Of a stretch of DNA of 64,000 nucleotides, positions 37,911 through 48,404 are shown one piece after another. Position numbers and translations under genes: made by a program. The first letter of the stretch is position 1. The number at the start of each line of letters is the position of its first letter. The stretch covers positions 224,001 through 288,000 of the forward strand of contig CAXXFL010000004.1 in the NCBI GenBank assembly GCA_963674965.2. Direction: 5' to 3'. The notes beneath the pieces are model-generated. The model did not search any database. It had not been told where the DNA came from and saw only the letters and a program-made list of their open reading frames with translations. The DNA is from a bacterium (GTDB lineage: Bacteria > RBG-13-61-14 > DATKZS01).

Positions 37911-39164
37911 TCAGTCCACTTGCCGTCTCAGGTAGGCGGGGATATCGTACTCGTCCTCCGAGTCCTCGGAGAAGCTGGGCCTGGCGACCCTCCTGGCCTG
38001 AGATATGGAGGCCTCGTAGTCGATCCCCGTCTTGTCCGCCCTGCCCTTGGCGCCCCGGCTTTGCTTGGCGTCGTGGTACTCCTCCCGCCGCTGCCTCAGG
38101 TGGTCGGAGATATTGATGGCCTTGCCGCGGTCGCGAGCGGCCACGCCGGACATGGAGCCGGCCGCGCTCTTGGCCACGCGTTGGGAGGCGATCCTGAACC
38201 TTCCCCTGGCGTCGGCCTGGAAGGACTCGAACCCGGTGGCCACCACCGTGATCCTCAGCGTGTCCTCCATGGACTCGTCCACGCAGTGGCCGTAGATAAT
38301 AAGGGCGTCCTCATGGGCCTCCTCGGTAATGAGGGTGATGGCGTCGCTCACCTCGTGGAGGGTAACGTTCGGACCGCCGGTGACGTTCACCAAAACGCCC
38401 CTGGCGCCCTCGATCCTGACGTCCTCCAGGAGGGGGTTGGATATGGCCATGTGGGCCGCCTCGGTGGCCCGCGACTCGCCGCCCACCTCGCCGCTGCCCA
38501 TCAGGGCCATTCCCCGCTCGCCCATCACCGTCTTCACGTCCGCGAAGTCCACGTTGATCAGGCCGTTGCCGGTGATGAGGTCAGAGATGCCCCGCACGGC
38601 TGAAAGAAGCACCTCGTCGGCCTTCTTGAAGGCGTCGATGACCGAGGTGTTCTTTCCCGCGATGTTGAGCAGTCGCTGGTTGGGGATGATGATCAGGCTG
38701 TCAACGTGCTCCTTTAGCTCCTCGAGGCCCTCGAGCGCCAGCCTCATCCTGCGCCCGCCCTCGAACTCGAAGGGCTTGGTCACGACGCCCACGGTCAGGG
38801 CGCCCATCTCCCGGGCCACCCGGGCCACCACCGGCGCGCCGCCGGTGCCGGTGCCGCCGCCCATGCCCGCGGTCACGAAGACCATGTCCGCTCCGCGCAG
38901 GGCCTCCTCGATATTTGCCGAGCTTTCCTCGGCCGCCTCCCGGCCCACGTTGGGGTTACCCCCGGCGCCGAGGCCGGTGGCGAACTGGATGCGCTTGTCC
39001 GCCAGGTTCATCTCCAGGGCCTTGGCGTCGGTGTTGGCCGCGATGAACTCGACCGTCGTGAGCCCCTCGGATATCATGGTGTTGATGGCGTTGTTTCCTC
39101 CGCCGCCCACGCCCACCACCTTCAGGTTGGCCTGTCCCTCCGGGACGTCAGAAAATTCCAACAT
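37911..39164 (-). CDS. ftsZ: Cell division protein FtsZ
   Basis: [24 protein letters not shown]-terminal DIPAYLR. Confidence 0.99.
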   Translation of the reverse strand: MLEFSDVPEGQANLKVVGVGGGGNNAINTMISEGLTTVEFIAANTDAKALEMNLADKRIQFATGLGAGGNPNVGREAAEESSANIEEALRGADMVFVTAGMGGGTGTGGAPVVARVAREMGALTVGVVTKPFEFEGGRRMRLALEGLEELKEHVDSLIIIPNQRLLNIAGKNTSVIDAFKKADEVLLSAVRGISDLITGNGLINVDFADVKTVMGERGMALMGSGEVGGESRATEAAHMAISNPLLEDVRIEGARGVLVNVTGGPNVTLHEVSDAITLITEEAHEDALIIYGHCVDESMEDTLRITVVATGFESFQADARGRFRIASQRVAKSAAGSMSGVAARDRGKAINISDHLRQRREEYHDAKQSRGAKGRADKTGIDYEASISQARRVARPSFSEDSEDEYDIPAYLRRQVD

Positions 39165-39260
39165 GACAATTCCTCCTTTTCCGATTCCGCATAAATCTTT
39201 TCCGCTTCAACATTGCCGTTTAATTCAATGGCCGGACCATGCCGGCTCTAGTTACCTCGA

Positions 39261-40487
39261 TTAGAAAAACGCCTCGACTCCCTCGCGCATCCTCTCCCAG
39301 ACCCGGCCGAAGATGTTCCGGTCCCGGGCGCGGAAGGACCTTCTGCCCTGGTTCTTGGAGCCGTAGATAACCAGGCCCACGCCGGTGGCGTACATGGGGC
39401 TGTTGACCACGTCCGTCAGCCCGCCCACGCCGGCGGGTTTTCCCACCCGGACGGGGGCCTCGAACACCTGCTCGCCCAGCTCGGCTATGCCGGGAATGAG
39501 TGATGACCCGCCGGTGAGCACCACGCCCGCGGGGAAGGAGTCCTCCAGCCCCGCCCGCGCTATCTCGCGGTTGGCCAGGGCCAGTATCTCCTCGACCCGG
39601 GGCTCGATGATCTCGGCCAGGGTCTGGCGCGGGACCTCGAGCGGACGCCTGCCGCCCACCTTGGGCACGACCACGCTCTCGCCTTTATCGACCAGCCGCG
39701 CGCAGGCGCAGCCGTAGCGCTTCTTGATTTTCTCCGCCTCCGCCGCGGGGGTGCGAAGGCCGGCGGCCACGTCGTTGGTCACGTGGTCTCCCCCCAGGGA
39801 GAGCACGGCGGTGTGGGCCAGGCTTCCCTGCCGCCAAACCGCTATGTCGGTGGTGCCGCCGCCGATATCCAGCAGCACCACGCCTATCTCCTTCTCGTCG
39901 GGCGAAAGCACGGCCTCGCTGCTGGCGTACTGCTCGAGCACTATGTCGGCCACGTTAAGGCCCGAGTTGTTGCAGCACCTGACCACGTTCTGGGCCGAGG
40001 TCACCGCGCCCGTCACGATGTGGACGCGGGCCTCCATGCGCACGCCGCTCATGCCGAGGGGGTCCTTGATCCCGTCCTGCTCGTCAACGATAAACTCCTG
40101 GGGAAGGATGTGGATGACCTCCCGGTCCACGGGGATCGAAACCGCCCGCGCCTGCTCGACCACCCGGCGTATGTCAACCTCGGAAACCTCGCGGCCCTTG
40201 ATGGCCACGATGCCGTGGCTGTTAAAGCCCTTCACGTGGCCGCCCGCGATCCCGGCGAAAACCGTGGCCACGTCGCAGCCGGCCATAAGCTCGGCCTCCT
40301 CCACGGCCTTCTTGATGCTCTCGACCGTCGAGTCTATATTGACCACGACCCCCTTGCGCAGGCCGTAGCTCGGGGCCGTCCCAATCCCCACGATATCGAG
40401 ACCGTCGTCCTCCATGGCCGCGACTATGGCCGCGATCTTGGTGGTCCCTATGTCGAGCCCGACTATAAGATTGTCTTTTTTACCCAT
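39261..40487 (-). CDS. ftsA: Cell division protein FtsA
   Basis: GLDIGTTKI, DIGGGTTD, VLTGG. Confidence 0.98.
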   Translation of the reverse strand: MGKKDNLIVGLDIGTTKIAAIVAAMEDDGLDIVGIGTAPSYGLRKGVVVNIDSTVESIKKAVEEAELMAGCDVATVFAGIAGGHVKGFNSHGIVAIKGREVSEVDIRRVVEQARAVSIPVDREVIHILPQEFIVDEQDGIKDPLGMSGVRMEARVHIVTGAVTSAQNVVRCCNNSGLNVADIVLEQYASSEAVLSPDEKEIGVVLLDIGGGTTDIAVWRQGSLAHTAVLSLGGDHVTNDVAAGLRTPAAEAEKIKKRYGCACARLVDKGESVVVPKVGGRRPLEVPRQTLAEIIEPRVEEILALANREIARAGLEDSFPAGVVLTGGSSLIPGIAELGEQVFEAPVRVGKPAGVGGLTDVVNSPMYATGVGLVIYGSKNQGRRSFRARDRNIFGRVWERMREGVEAFF

Positions 40488-40532
40488 CGTGCTTCCCCTT
40501 TCCCAGCGTGGAACATTCAGCTTCAACCATTA

Positions 40533-41504
40533 TTATAATTCTCCGGGGCGGTCCTCGGCGGAGGACGCGACCCTGTAACCTTCCTTCAATCTAACCGTCA
40601 CCCGGCCCTCGTAGTTGAGGTCCAACTCGGCCACCTTGGCCGAGTCGGGACCGAGCTCGACCAGGGCCCGCTCGAGCCTCGCGAGCTTTTCCGCGTAACC
40701 CTCACGGCCGAAGCGCACCCGCATGCCGTCCTCGACCCGCACGGCCACGGCCCCGTATTCGCTCGACAGCCTGACCTCCGAGACCCGGTCCGCGTTAAAG
40801 ACCTCCGAGGAGCCCGTCAGCTCGACTATCTCGAGACCCATCTTCAAAAGGGACTCGACCTTCTCCCTCTCGTCCACCGCCTCGCGGAGGGTCAAGCCGG
40901 TAAGGACGGGAAAGTCCATCTTCTCTCCCGGCATGACCTTCTTGAAAATCTCGCCTTTTTTGTCAACGTAGTACAGGGAGCCGAGGGAAACCATGGCGAC
41001 CCTCTCCCTTTCGACCACGTCTATCACCACCTTGTCGGGAAGCTCCCGCATGACCGAGACGGCCTCCACCCAGGGGTGTATCTCGATGGCCTTGACCAGC
41101 TCCGACAGATGGAAACTGAAAATATTGTCTCCCTCCCGAATCTCCGCCAGGGTCCTGATTTCACGCTCCGGGGCCTTGTCCCCCGTCCTTATTACTATCT
41201 CCCGGATGGCCAGCCGGTCGGTGGTGACGAGCCAGGACCATCCCGATTTGGCGCCTATCCCAACGACGCCGCCCAGCGCCACGCAGACGAGGGCCGCGGA
41301 AATGGACCGGGCCGCCTTGCTCCCGGCGAAGGCCCGGGCTTTGGCCCAAGCCTCCCGCGCGGTCATCCTCGGCCCCCGCCTTTTATTGGCGGCCTTCCTC
41401 GGCGACCTGGCCGGCTTCGCGCCCTTCTTGTCCCCGGGGGGACGGGCGACGATCTTGGCGGTCCGGGTCTTTTCCGGGCCGCTCTTTTTGGCCTTTCCTA
41501 TCAC
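40533..41504 (-). CDS. ftsQ: Cell division protein FtsQ/DivIB
   Basis: TM plus POTRA (HPWVEAVSVMRELPD); operon position. Confidence 0.93.
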   Translation of the reverse strand: MIGKAKKSGPEKTRTAKIVARPPGDKKGAKPARSPRKAANKRRGPRMTAREAWAKARAFAGSKAARSISAALVCVALGGVVGIGAKSGWSWLVTTDRLAIREIVIRTGDKAPEREIRTLAEIREGDNIFSFHLSELVKAIEIHPWVEAVSVMRELPDKVVIDVVERERVAMVSLGSLYYVDKKGEIFKKVMPGEKMDFPVLTGLTLREAVDEREKVESLLKMGLEIVELTGSSEVFNADRVSEVRLSSEYGAVAVRVEDGMRVRFGREGYAEKLARLERALVELGPDSAKVAELDLNYEGRVTVRLKEGYRVASSAEDRPGEL

Positions 41505-42418
41505 GCCGCCTCCAGCGCGCTAAGGAGCATCCTTTCGCACAGACGCTCGAAGCTGAGGCCGGCCACCGCCGCCGACATGGGCAGCAGGCTGAGCCTCGTC
41601 ATTCCGGGAATGGTGTTGAGCTCGAGCACGAAGGGCCCCCGATCGGGGTCCAGCCTGAAGTCGATCCTGGCGGCCCCCTTGCAGCCGAGGGCCTTGTAGC
41701 TCCTGGCCCCCAGCTCCTGGATGATTCCCGTTTCCCTGCCGGTCAGCTCGGCGGGAGCCACGTACTCCGAGGCGCCCTGGGTGTATTTCGAGTCGTAGTC
41801 GTAAAAGCCGGTCTTGGGTATTACCTCGACCACTCCCATGGGCTCGCCGTCGAGCACGCCCACCGTAACTTCCCGGCCGGGGATGTATTCCTCCACCATG
41901 GGAGTCTCGTCGTAGGGCCTGGCCCGCTCGACGGCGGCCTCGTATTCGTCCTCCCTCCGCGCCACGGCTATGCCCACCGTCGAGCCCTCGGCGTTGGGCT
42001 TGACCACCACGGGGGGAACGAACTTCATGGTCTCGAACACGAACTCCCGGGAGAGGGCCGGACAATGGCGGGGAGTGGGTATGCCGAACTGGGAGAATAT
42101 GGCCTTGGCCTGGGGCTTGTTCATGGCCAGGGCCGAGGCCAGGACCCCCGATCCGGTATAGGGTATGCGCAGCATCTCGCAGAGGGCCTGGACCCTTCCG
42201 TCCTCCCCCCATCCGCCGTGCAGCGTCAAAAAGGCCGCGTCGACGCCGGACTCCCGGAGTTGGGACTCGACGTTCTCATCGACCACCACGCTCACCGTCT
42301 CGTAGCCCAGGCTCACGAGCGCCTCGGCCACGGCCTCCCCGCTCCGTAGCGAAACCTCGCGCTCAGCGCTGACCCCGCCCATGATTACGCCAATCCGCTT
42401 TCCCTTCGCGTCCGTCAT
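41501..42418 (-). CDS. ddl: D-alanine--D-alanine ligase
   Basis: GGVSAEREVSL, HGGWGEDG, YDYDSKY, ELNTIPG. Confidence 0.97.
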   Translation of the reverse strand: MTDAKGKRIGVIMGGVSAEREVSLRSGEAVAEALVSLGYETVSVVVDENVESQLRESGVDAAFLTLHGGWGEDGRVQALCEMLRIPYTGSGVLASALAMNKPQAKAIFSQFGIPTPRHCPALSREFVFETMKFVPPVVVKPNAEGSTVGIAVARREDEYEAAVERARPYDETPMVEEYIPGREVTVGVLDGEPMGVVEVIPKTGFYDYDSKYTQGASEYVAPAELTGRETGIIQELGARSYKALGCKGAARIDFRLDPDRGPFVLELNTIPGMTRLSLLPMSAAVAGLSFERLCERMLLSALEAA

Positions 42419-43371
42419 GACAATTCCTCGCCTATTACCTCGAGTTCCAACTCCAGGTCCACGCCGAACCTTCGCTCTGCCTCGGCCCTCGCCAGCTCGA
42501 TCAGCTCGATCACGTCGCGAGAGCGGGCCCGGCCCCGGTTGACTATAAAGTTGGCGTGGACCTCCGATATCTGGGCGTCTCCCGCCCGCTTCCCCTTCAG
42601 CCCCGCCGCCTCGATCATCCTGCCCGCGTAGTCGTCGGCCGGGTTTTTAAAAACCGACCCCGCCGAGGGAAGGGCCAGGGGTTGAGTCTGCCGCCGCCAT
42701 TTCAGCCCCTTCACTATCCTTTCCCTTATGGCCCGGGGATCTTCCACCTTGAAGCGCAGGCCGCATCCCAGTATTACCGCCCCCGCCGGCCGCTCCAGCC
42801 TTCGGTAGGCGAATCGGGCCTCGCCCGCCTCCACCGTTTTGACCCCCTCGCCCGGGGCCAGCCACCTTATCCATTCCACCGAGTCGGCCATGCACGATCC
42901 CAGGCTCCCGGCGTTCATGACCAGGGCCCCTCCGATGGCGCCCGGAATGGCGGCCGCCCACTCGAGGCCCGAGAGGCCCAGGCTCTGGGCGCTTTTCACC
43001 ACCTTGGCTATCTTGACGCCCGCCTCGATCGCGGCCACTATGGTCCCTTCGCCGGCCCCCGCTCCCTCCTCTTGGCCGAAGTCCGCCGCCTGGAAGGCGT
43101 CGGCCAGGTTCACCAGTATCTCCTTGACCCCGCCGTCTCCCACCAGGAGGTTCGATCCCGAGCCTATGGTCCGCCAGGGAAGACCCATCTCGCCGGCCAG
43201 GTCCAGGGCGGCCTCGAGGTCGCCGATGGAGCGGGGCCATATCATGACCTCGGCCATGCCCCCGATCTTGAAGGTCGTGTACTGCTTCATGGCCACGCGC
43301 TCGGATATCCTTCCTGAGAAGCAAGGCGAGAGCCTCCGGGTGTAGGAGCCGAAATCCATCTCGAGGCTCAC
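42415..43371 (-). CDS. murB: UDP-N-acetylmuramate dehydrogenase
   Basis: GSGSNLL, MNAG, SAGSVFKNP, HANFIVN. Confidence 0.97.
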   Translation of the reverse strand: MSLEMDFGSYTRRLSPCFSGRISERVAMKQYTTFKIGGMAEVMIWPRSIGDLEAALDLAGEMGLPWRTIGSGSNLLVGDGGVKEILVNLADAFQAADFGQEEGAGAGEGTIVAAIEAGVKIAKVVKSAQSLGLSGLEWAAAIPGAIGGALVMNAGSLGSCMADSVEWIRWLAPGEGVKTVEAGEARFAYRRLERPAGAVILGCGLRFKVEDPRAIRERIVKGLKWRRQTQPLALPSAGSVFKNPADDYAGRMIEAAGLKGKRAGDAQISEVHANFIVNRGRARSRDVIELIELARAEAERRFGVDLELELEVIGEELS

Positions 43372-44774
43372 GACGACTCCTCCAGGACTTTCAACAGGTC
43401 CTCGCCCGCCTTGAACACGTTGCCCGCGCCCAGGGTCACCACCACGTCCTTGGCCTCGACCTCCTCGGACAGGAGGACCGCCACGTCCGAGACCTCGGGA
43501 ACGAACATGGTTTTGAGACCGCGCTCCGAGCGCCTGGCCGCGATGGCCCGGTTCAGCCCCTCGCCCGTAATACCTTTAATCGGGTCCTCGCCCGCCGGAT
43601 ATACGCGGGTCGTGACCAGAAGGTCCGCCTCGTTGAAGCTCTCGACGAACTCATCCCACAAGTCACGAGTGCGGCTGTAGCGATGGGGTTGGAAAACCAC
43701 CACCAGCCTGGCCCCGTTGGGCTCCCGCGTGGAGCGGAGATAATCCCGCGCCGCCTTCAGCGTGGCCCGGACCTCGGTGGGATGGTGGCCGTAATCGTCG
43801 ATGACGGTCACTCCGGCCGTCTCGCCCTTGATCTCGAAGCGCCGTCCCACGCCGGAGAACTCGTGCAGGCCGGCCGCCGCCTTGGCGGGGGCTACCCCCA
43901 ACTCGTAGGCCACGGCCAGGGCCGCCGCGGCGTTGACCGCGTTGTGCTCGCCCGGCACGCCCAGCCTGATCTTGCCGATTCCCTCGCCCTGCCTGACCAC
44001 CAGGAACTCGCACCCGCCGCCGGCGCAGCGGAGGTCCGCCGCCCGGACGTCGGCGTCTCCCGAGGTACCGTAGGTGACGACGCGCCTCTTGATCCTGGGT
44101 ATGAGGGACCTGGTCACCTTGTCGTCCACGCAGGCCACCACCAGCCCGTAAAAGGGGACCCTGTTGGTGAACTCGACGAAGGCGTCGTGCAGGTTATCGA
44201 GCGTTCCGTAGTGCTCCATGTGCTCGCGGTCCACGTTGGTTATGACCGCCACCGTGGGAGCGAGGTGCAGGAAGCTGCCGTCGGACTCGTCGGCCTCGGC
44301 CACCATCCACTCGCCGCCTCCCAGCTTGGCGTTGGAGCCGAAGATGTTGAGCTTCCCGCCGATGATGGCGGTGGGGTCCATGCCCGACTTGGTGAGTATG
44401 GCCGCGATCATCGAGGTGGTGGTGGTCTTGCCGTGGGTCCCGGCCACGGCGACGCCTCTTTTCATCCTCATAATCTCAGAGAGCATCTCGGCCCTGGGTA
44501 TGACGGGAATGCCGGCGTAGCGGGCCGCCACCACCTCGGGGTTGTCGGGCTTGACCGCCGAGCTGATCACTACCACGTCGGCGTGGGTCAGGTTGGCGGA
44601 GTCGTGCCCCACGTGAACGACGCCTCCCAGGGAGCGCAGTCTCTCGGTGATGGGACTCTCCCGAAGGTCGGACCCGCTCACGGAAAACCCGAGGTTCAAG
44701 AGGACCTCGGCGATGCCGCTCATGCCGATCCCGCCGATGCCGACGAAGTGAACGTCTTTCACCCAGTTCTTCAT
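43368..44774 (-). CDS. murC: UDP-N-acetylmuramate--L-alanine ligase
   Basis: HFVGIGGIGMSG, GTHGKTTT, EADESD, DDYGHHP. Confidence 0.98.
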   Translation of the reverse strand: MKNWVKDVHFVGIGGIGMSGIAEVLLNLGFSVSGSDLRESPITERLRSLGGVVHVGHDSANLTHADVVVISSAVKPDNPEVVAARYAGIPVIPRAEMLSEIMRMKRGVAVAGTHGKTTTTSMIAAILTKSGMDPTAIIGGKLNIFGSNAKLGGGEWMVAEADESDGSFLHLAPTVAVITNVDREHMEHYGTLDNLHDAFVEFTNRVPFYGLVVACVDDKVTRSLIPRIKRRVVTYGTSGDADVRAADLRCAGGGCEFLVVRQGEGIGKIRLGVPGEHNAVNAAAALAVAYELGVAPAKAAAGLHEFSGVGRRFEIKGETAGVTVIDDYGHHPTEVRATLKAARDYLRSTREPNGARLVVVFQPHRYSRTRDLWDEFVESFNEADLLVTTRVYPAGEDPIKGITGEGLNRAIAARRSERGLKTMFVPEVSDVAVLLSEEVEAKDVVVTLGAGNVFKAGEDLLKVLEESS

Positions 44775-44781
44775 TGGCCGC

Positions 44782-45933
44782 TTACTCGATTTCCTTTCCG
44801 GCCGCCCGGTCCCGGCTTTTTGCCAGCTCGAGCAGCCCCTCCACCACCGTCCGCGCCGCCTCAGGCCTGGCCACGCGCCGGGCCGCCTGACTCATTTTAC
44901 CGCGTTTTTCCTTGTCCCGGATAATGTCGATCAGGGCCTCGGCCAGTTCCGCGCCCCCTATCTCGGACTCCCTGAACATGAGGGCCGCCCCCTCCGCCAC
45001 CAGGGCCTGGGCGTTTCTCGCCTGATGGTCGGCGGTGGCGTGGGGAAAAGGGACCAGGATCGAGGGTAGGCCCGCCAGCGCTATCTCGGCCGCGGCCCCG
45101 GCTCCGGCCCTGCTGACTATCACGTCGGCCCAGGCGTAGGCCCCCGCCATGTCGTTGATAAAGGCGTCCACTTTAGCCTCGAGGCCGATCTCCTTATACC
45201 TCGAGACAACCTCCTCCCTCGCGCTCTCGCCCGTCTGGTGGCGGAGCTCGATCGAGTCCCTGGCCTCGCCGTCCATGGCGGCCATCGCCTCGATCATCAG
45301 CCGGTTAAGACCTTTGGCCCCCTGGCTTCCTCCCACCACCAGCACCTTGGCCTTGCCCTCGCCGCGGCCTTTTTCAGCCGCTTTTCCCGCCTCGAGGATG
45401 GCCCGGGTTATCTCCCGCCGGACGGGGTTGCCCGAGACGACGACCCGCCCCCTCCTCCGGGCCGAGGCGAACCGGTCGGCGGCGGCGGGGACCCCCAGGA
45501 AAACCTTTTGCGCCAGGCGGCCAAGTATTTTGTTCGTCGCGCCCGGCTCAGCGTTCTGCTCCTGGATGGCGCAGGGGACCCTCATCAGCCAGGCGGCCAG
45601 GACGGCGGGACCGCTCACGTATCCGCCCACTCCCAGGGCCACGTGGGGCTTGAACCTTCTCACCACCCGGACCGCGTCGAGCACGGACAAAGGCACGGTC
45701 GCGACGGCCTTGATCCTCGCCGCTCCGCCCGTTCCCGCTATCCCCGCGGACCTTATTACCGCGAGGTCGAACCCGGCCTCGGGCGCCTTGCGGGCCTCGA
45801 TTCCCCTCTCGGTGCCCACGAAGAGGACCCGGCCGTTCTCGACCATGGCCATGAACTCGGACGCGACGGCCAGGGCGGGAAAGAAATGTCCTCCCGTCCC
45901 GCCTCCCGCGATCAGCAGCCTTACCCCGTTCAT
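44782..45933 (-). CDS. murG: Lipid II GlcNAc transferase MurG
   Basis: AGGGTGGH, GGYVS, EQN, GGSQGA, HQTG, DHQARNA. Confidence 0.97.
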   Translation of the reverse strand: MNGVRLLIAGGGTGGHFFPALAVASEFMAMVENGRVLFVGTERGIEARKAPEAGFDLAVIRSAGIAGTGGAARIKAVATVPLSVLDAVRVVRRFKPHVALGVGGYVSGPAVLAAWLMRVPCAIQEQNAEPGATNKILGRLAQKVFLGVPAAADRFASARRRGRVVVSGNPVRREITRAILEAGKAAEKGRGEGKAKVLVVGGSQGAKGLNRLMIEAMAAMDGEARDSIELRHQTGESAREEVVSRYKEIGLEAKVDAFINDMAGAYAWADVIVSRAGAGAAAEIALAGLPSILVPFPHATADHQARNAQALVAEGAALMFRESEIGGAELAEALIDIIRDKEKRGKMSQAARRVARPEAARTVVEGLLELAKSRDRAAGKEIE

Positions 45934-47045
45934 GTCCTCGTCCTGTACATCTTGGCCGAAACGTTCAAAAGCACGCCCATGGCGGCCATGTTCATGATAA
46001 GGGCCGAGCCCCCGTGGCTCACGAAGGGCAGCACCAGTCCCTTGGTGGGCAAAAGTCCCATGACCACCATCATGTTGATAATGGCCGGCGCGGCGATCAT
46101 GGCCGTGATCCCGAAGGCCAGGTACGCGCCGTAGAGGCTCGAGGCCCGAAAGGACACCATGGAACCCCTGACGACGATGGCCACGAAAAGCCCGAGCACC
46201 GCCATTACGCCCACGAAGCCCAGTTCCTCGCCGATGGCGGCCAGGATGAAGTCCGTGTGCGCGTCGGGAAGATAAAGCAGCTTCTGCCTTCCCTCTCCAA
46301 GCCCGACGCCGGTCAATCCGCCCGAGCCGAAGGCCAGGATCGACTGGACCAGGTGCCATCCCTCGTCCCGCCAGTACTTCCAGGGGTTGACGGTCGCCAG
46401 GAGGCGGTCCCACCTGTACTCGGTGGAGATCAGGAAATAAAAGACGGCCGGGACCGAGGCCCCCGCCACCGCGGCCAGGTGCCAGAACCTGGCGCCCGCC
46501 ACGAAGAGCATGATCATCATGATGATCCCGATGGTCACGGCCCCACCCAGGTCCCGCTCGAGCAGGATAAGGAGCATGAGGATTCCCGAGACGATGAGAT
46601 AGGGAAGCACGCCCAGCTTGAAGCCCCTCATGGACTCCTTTTTTTTCTCCAGGGAATGGGCCAGGTAAATCACCAGGGCTATCCTCGCCGTCTCGGAGGG
46701 CTGAATGCCGTAGCCGAAGAACCTTATCCAGCGCCTTCCTCCCCTCACCTCCGTCCCGATCCCGGGGATGAGGACGAGAAGGAGAAGGAACATGCAAAGT
46801 CCGAGCAAGGGCCAGGCCAGGCGCCGGAGCTTCTCGTGGTTAACGTGCATGACCGCCAGCATCACGGCCATGCCAATGGCCGCGAACACGAGCTGGCGCT
46901 CGAGGAAATAGGTGCTCTTGATCTTCAGCACCCTCTCGGCCGAGATGGAGCTGGTGCTGTAGATCATAACCACCCCGATCCCCAGCAGGCAGACCGTGGA
47001 CAGGATCAGCCACTTGTCGAACCTGAGGTTACGCTCAATCCACAT
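45930..47045 (-). CDS. ftsW: SEDS glycosyltransferase FtsW
   Basis: RRWI, QPSE, LPDAHTDFI, KGLVLPFVSHGGS. Confidence 0.97.
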   Translation of the reverse strand: MWIERNLRFDKWLILSTVCLLGIGVVMIYSTSSISAERVLKIKSTYFLERQLVFAAIGMAVMLAVMHVNHEKLRRLAWPLLGLCMFLLLLVLIPGIGTEVRGGRRWIRFFGYGIQPSETARIALVIYLAHSLEKKKESMRGFKLGVLPYLIVSGILMLLILLERDLGGAVTIGIIMMIMLFVAGARFWHLAAVAGASVPAVFYFLISTEYRWDRLLATVNPWKYWRDEGWHLVQSILAFGSGGLTGVGLGEGRQKLLYLPDAHTDFILAAIGEELGFVGVMAVLGLFVAIVVRGSMVSFRASSLYGAYLAFGITAMIAAPAIINMMVVMGLLPTKGLVLPFVSHGGSALIMNMAAMGVLLNVSAKMYRTRT

Positions 47046-48399
47046 TCCTCAGCCCCTTCACGAGATCGACGAACCGATCTCCCCTGTCCTTGTAGTTCTT
47101 GAACTGGTCGAAGCTGGCGCAGCCCGGCGCGAGAACGACCGAGTCACCCGCCCCGGCCTCTCTTTTCGCCCCCTCCAGGGCGTGGGCCAGGTCCTTTACC
47201 GTCCTGACCTCGAGGTCGCCGCCCATCTCGGAGGCTATCTGGGACGAGGCCTCGCCGAAGGCGAAAACCAGCCTCGTCCTGGACGCCAGTCTTTCCCCCA
47301 GCCCTTTAAACGAGCAACCCTTGGATTGTCCTCCCATGAGCAGGATCACCGGGCCCTCGAGTCCCGAAACGCAGGCCTCGACCGCGCCCGAGTTGGTGGC
47401 CTTCGAGTCGTTGAAATACTTTACCCCCTCTATCTCGTCCACCATGGACATGCGGTGGGCCAGTCCCACGAAGCTCGCCAGCGCCCGGCGAGCGGACGCC
47501 GGGTCGGCCCCCAGGGCGTCGGCGGCCAACAGGGCGGCCATGACGTTATAAAGGTTATGCCTTCCGTGGAGCGGGACCTCGGAGACGGGTATCTTGCGGA
47601 GCAGCTCTCCTTCCTTATACCACTCGAGGTCGTCTCCCGCGGCCCTCATTCCGCTTACGGGCTTCTGGCCGAAGCCAAAGGTCAGTTTCCGGGCGGCGAT
47701 CTTTTCCGTCAGTTTCACGACCTCCTCGTCGTCCGCGTTGATAACGGCCGCGTCGTCCTTTTCCTGGTTGGCGAAAATCCTCATCTTGGTCTCGAAGTAC
47801 TCGCTCTGGTCCCCGTACCTGTCCAGGTGGTCGGCGGTCAGGTTCAAAAGCACGGCCACGTTGGGCGAGAACTCGCTCGCGAACTCGAGTTGAAAAGACG
47901 AGACCTCGACCACGGCCGCCTCGACGCTATCCGCCCTGGCCGCCATCTCGGTGAGCGGCGTCCCGAGGTTCCCGCCCATGAAGACCTTGTCCGGCCCTAG
48001 GCTTTCCTCCAGAATCCGTCCGGTCAGCGTCACGGTGGTGCTCTTGCCGTTGGTGCCCGTGACCGCGATCATGGGCGCCTTGATAAACCTGGAGGCCAGC
48101 TCGAGCTCGGAGAGCACGGGCTTGCCGGCGGCCTCGGCCTTTATCAGGGCCGGCAAGTGCTTGGGCACGCCGGGGCTGACCACTATCAGGTCGGCGTCCT
48201 CGAGGGCGGACCAGGGATGGCCGCCGAGCACGAGCGAGGCTCCCATGCTCACCAGCTCGTCAAGCCGGCGGTCCAGCTCGGCGGGACTTTTGGCGTCGTT
48301 GGCCAGCACGAGGGCCCCCTTTTGGATAAGGAACCTTGCCGCCGCCGTTCCCGAGTCGGCCAGTCCGACCACCGTAACTTTTTTTCCCGCCAGGTCCAT
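47035..48399 (-). CDS. murD: UDP-MurNAc-L-Ala--D-glutamate ligase
   Basis: VSPG, TGTNGKSTT, EVSSFQLE, NDSKATN, PGCASFDQF. Confidence 0.98.
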   Translation of the reverse strand: MDLAGKKVTVVGLADSGTAAARFLIQKGALVLANDAKSPAELDRRLDELVSMGASLVLGGHPWSALEDADLIVVSPGVPKHLPALIKAEAAGKPVLSELELASRFIKAPMIAVTGTNGKSTTVTLTGRILEESLGPDKVFMGGNLGTPLTEMAARADSVEAAVVEVSSFQLEFASEFSPNVAVLLNLTADHLDRYGDQSEYFETKMRIFANQEKDDAAVINADDEEVVKLTEKIAARKLTFGFGQKPVSGMRAAGDDLEWYKEGELLRKIPVSEVPLHGRHNLYNVMAALLAADALGADPASARRALASFVGLAHRMSMVDEIEGVKYFNDSKATNSGAVEACVSGLEGPVILLMGGQSKGCSFKGLGERLASRTRLVFAFGEASSQIASEMGGDLEVRTVKDLAHALEGAKREAGAGDSVVLAPGCASFDQFKNYKDRGDRFVDLVKGLRNVD

Positions 48400-48404
48400 C
48401 CCGA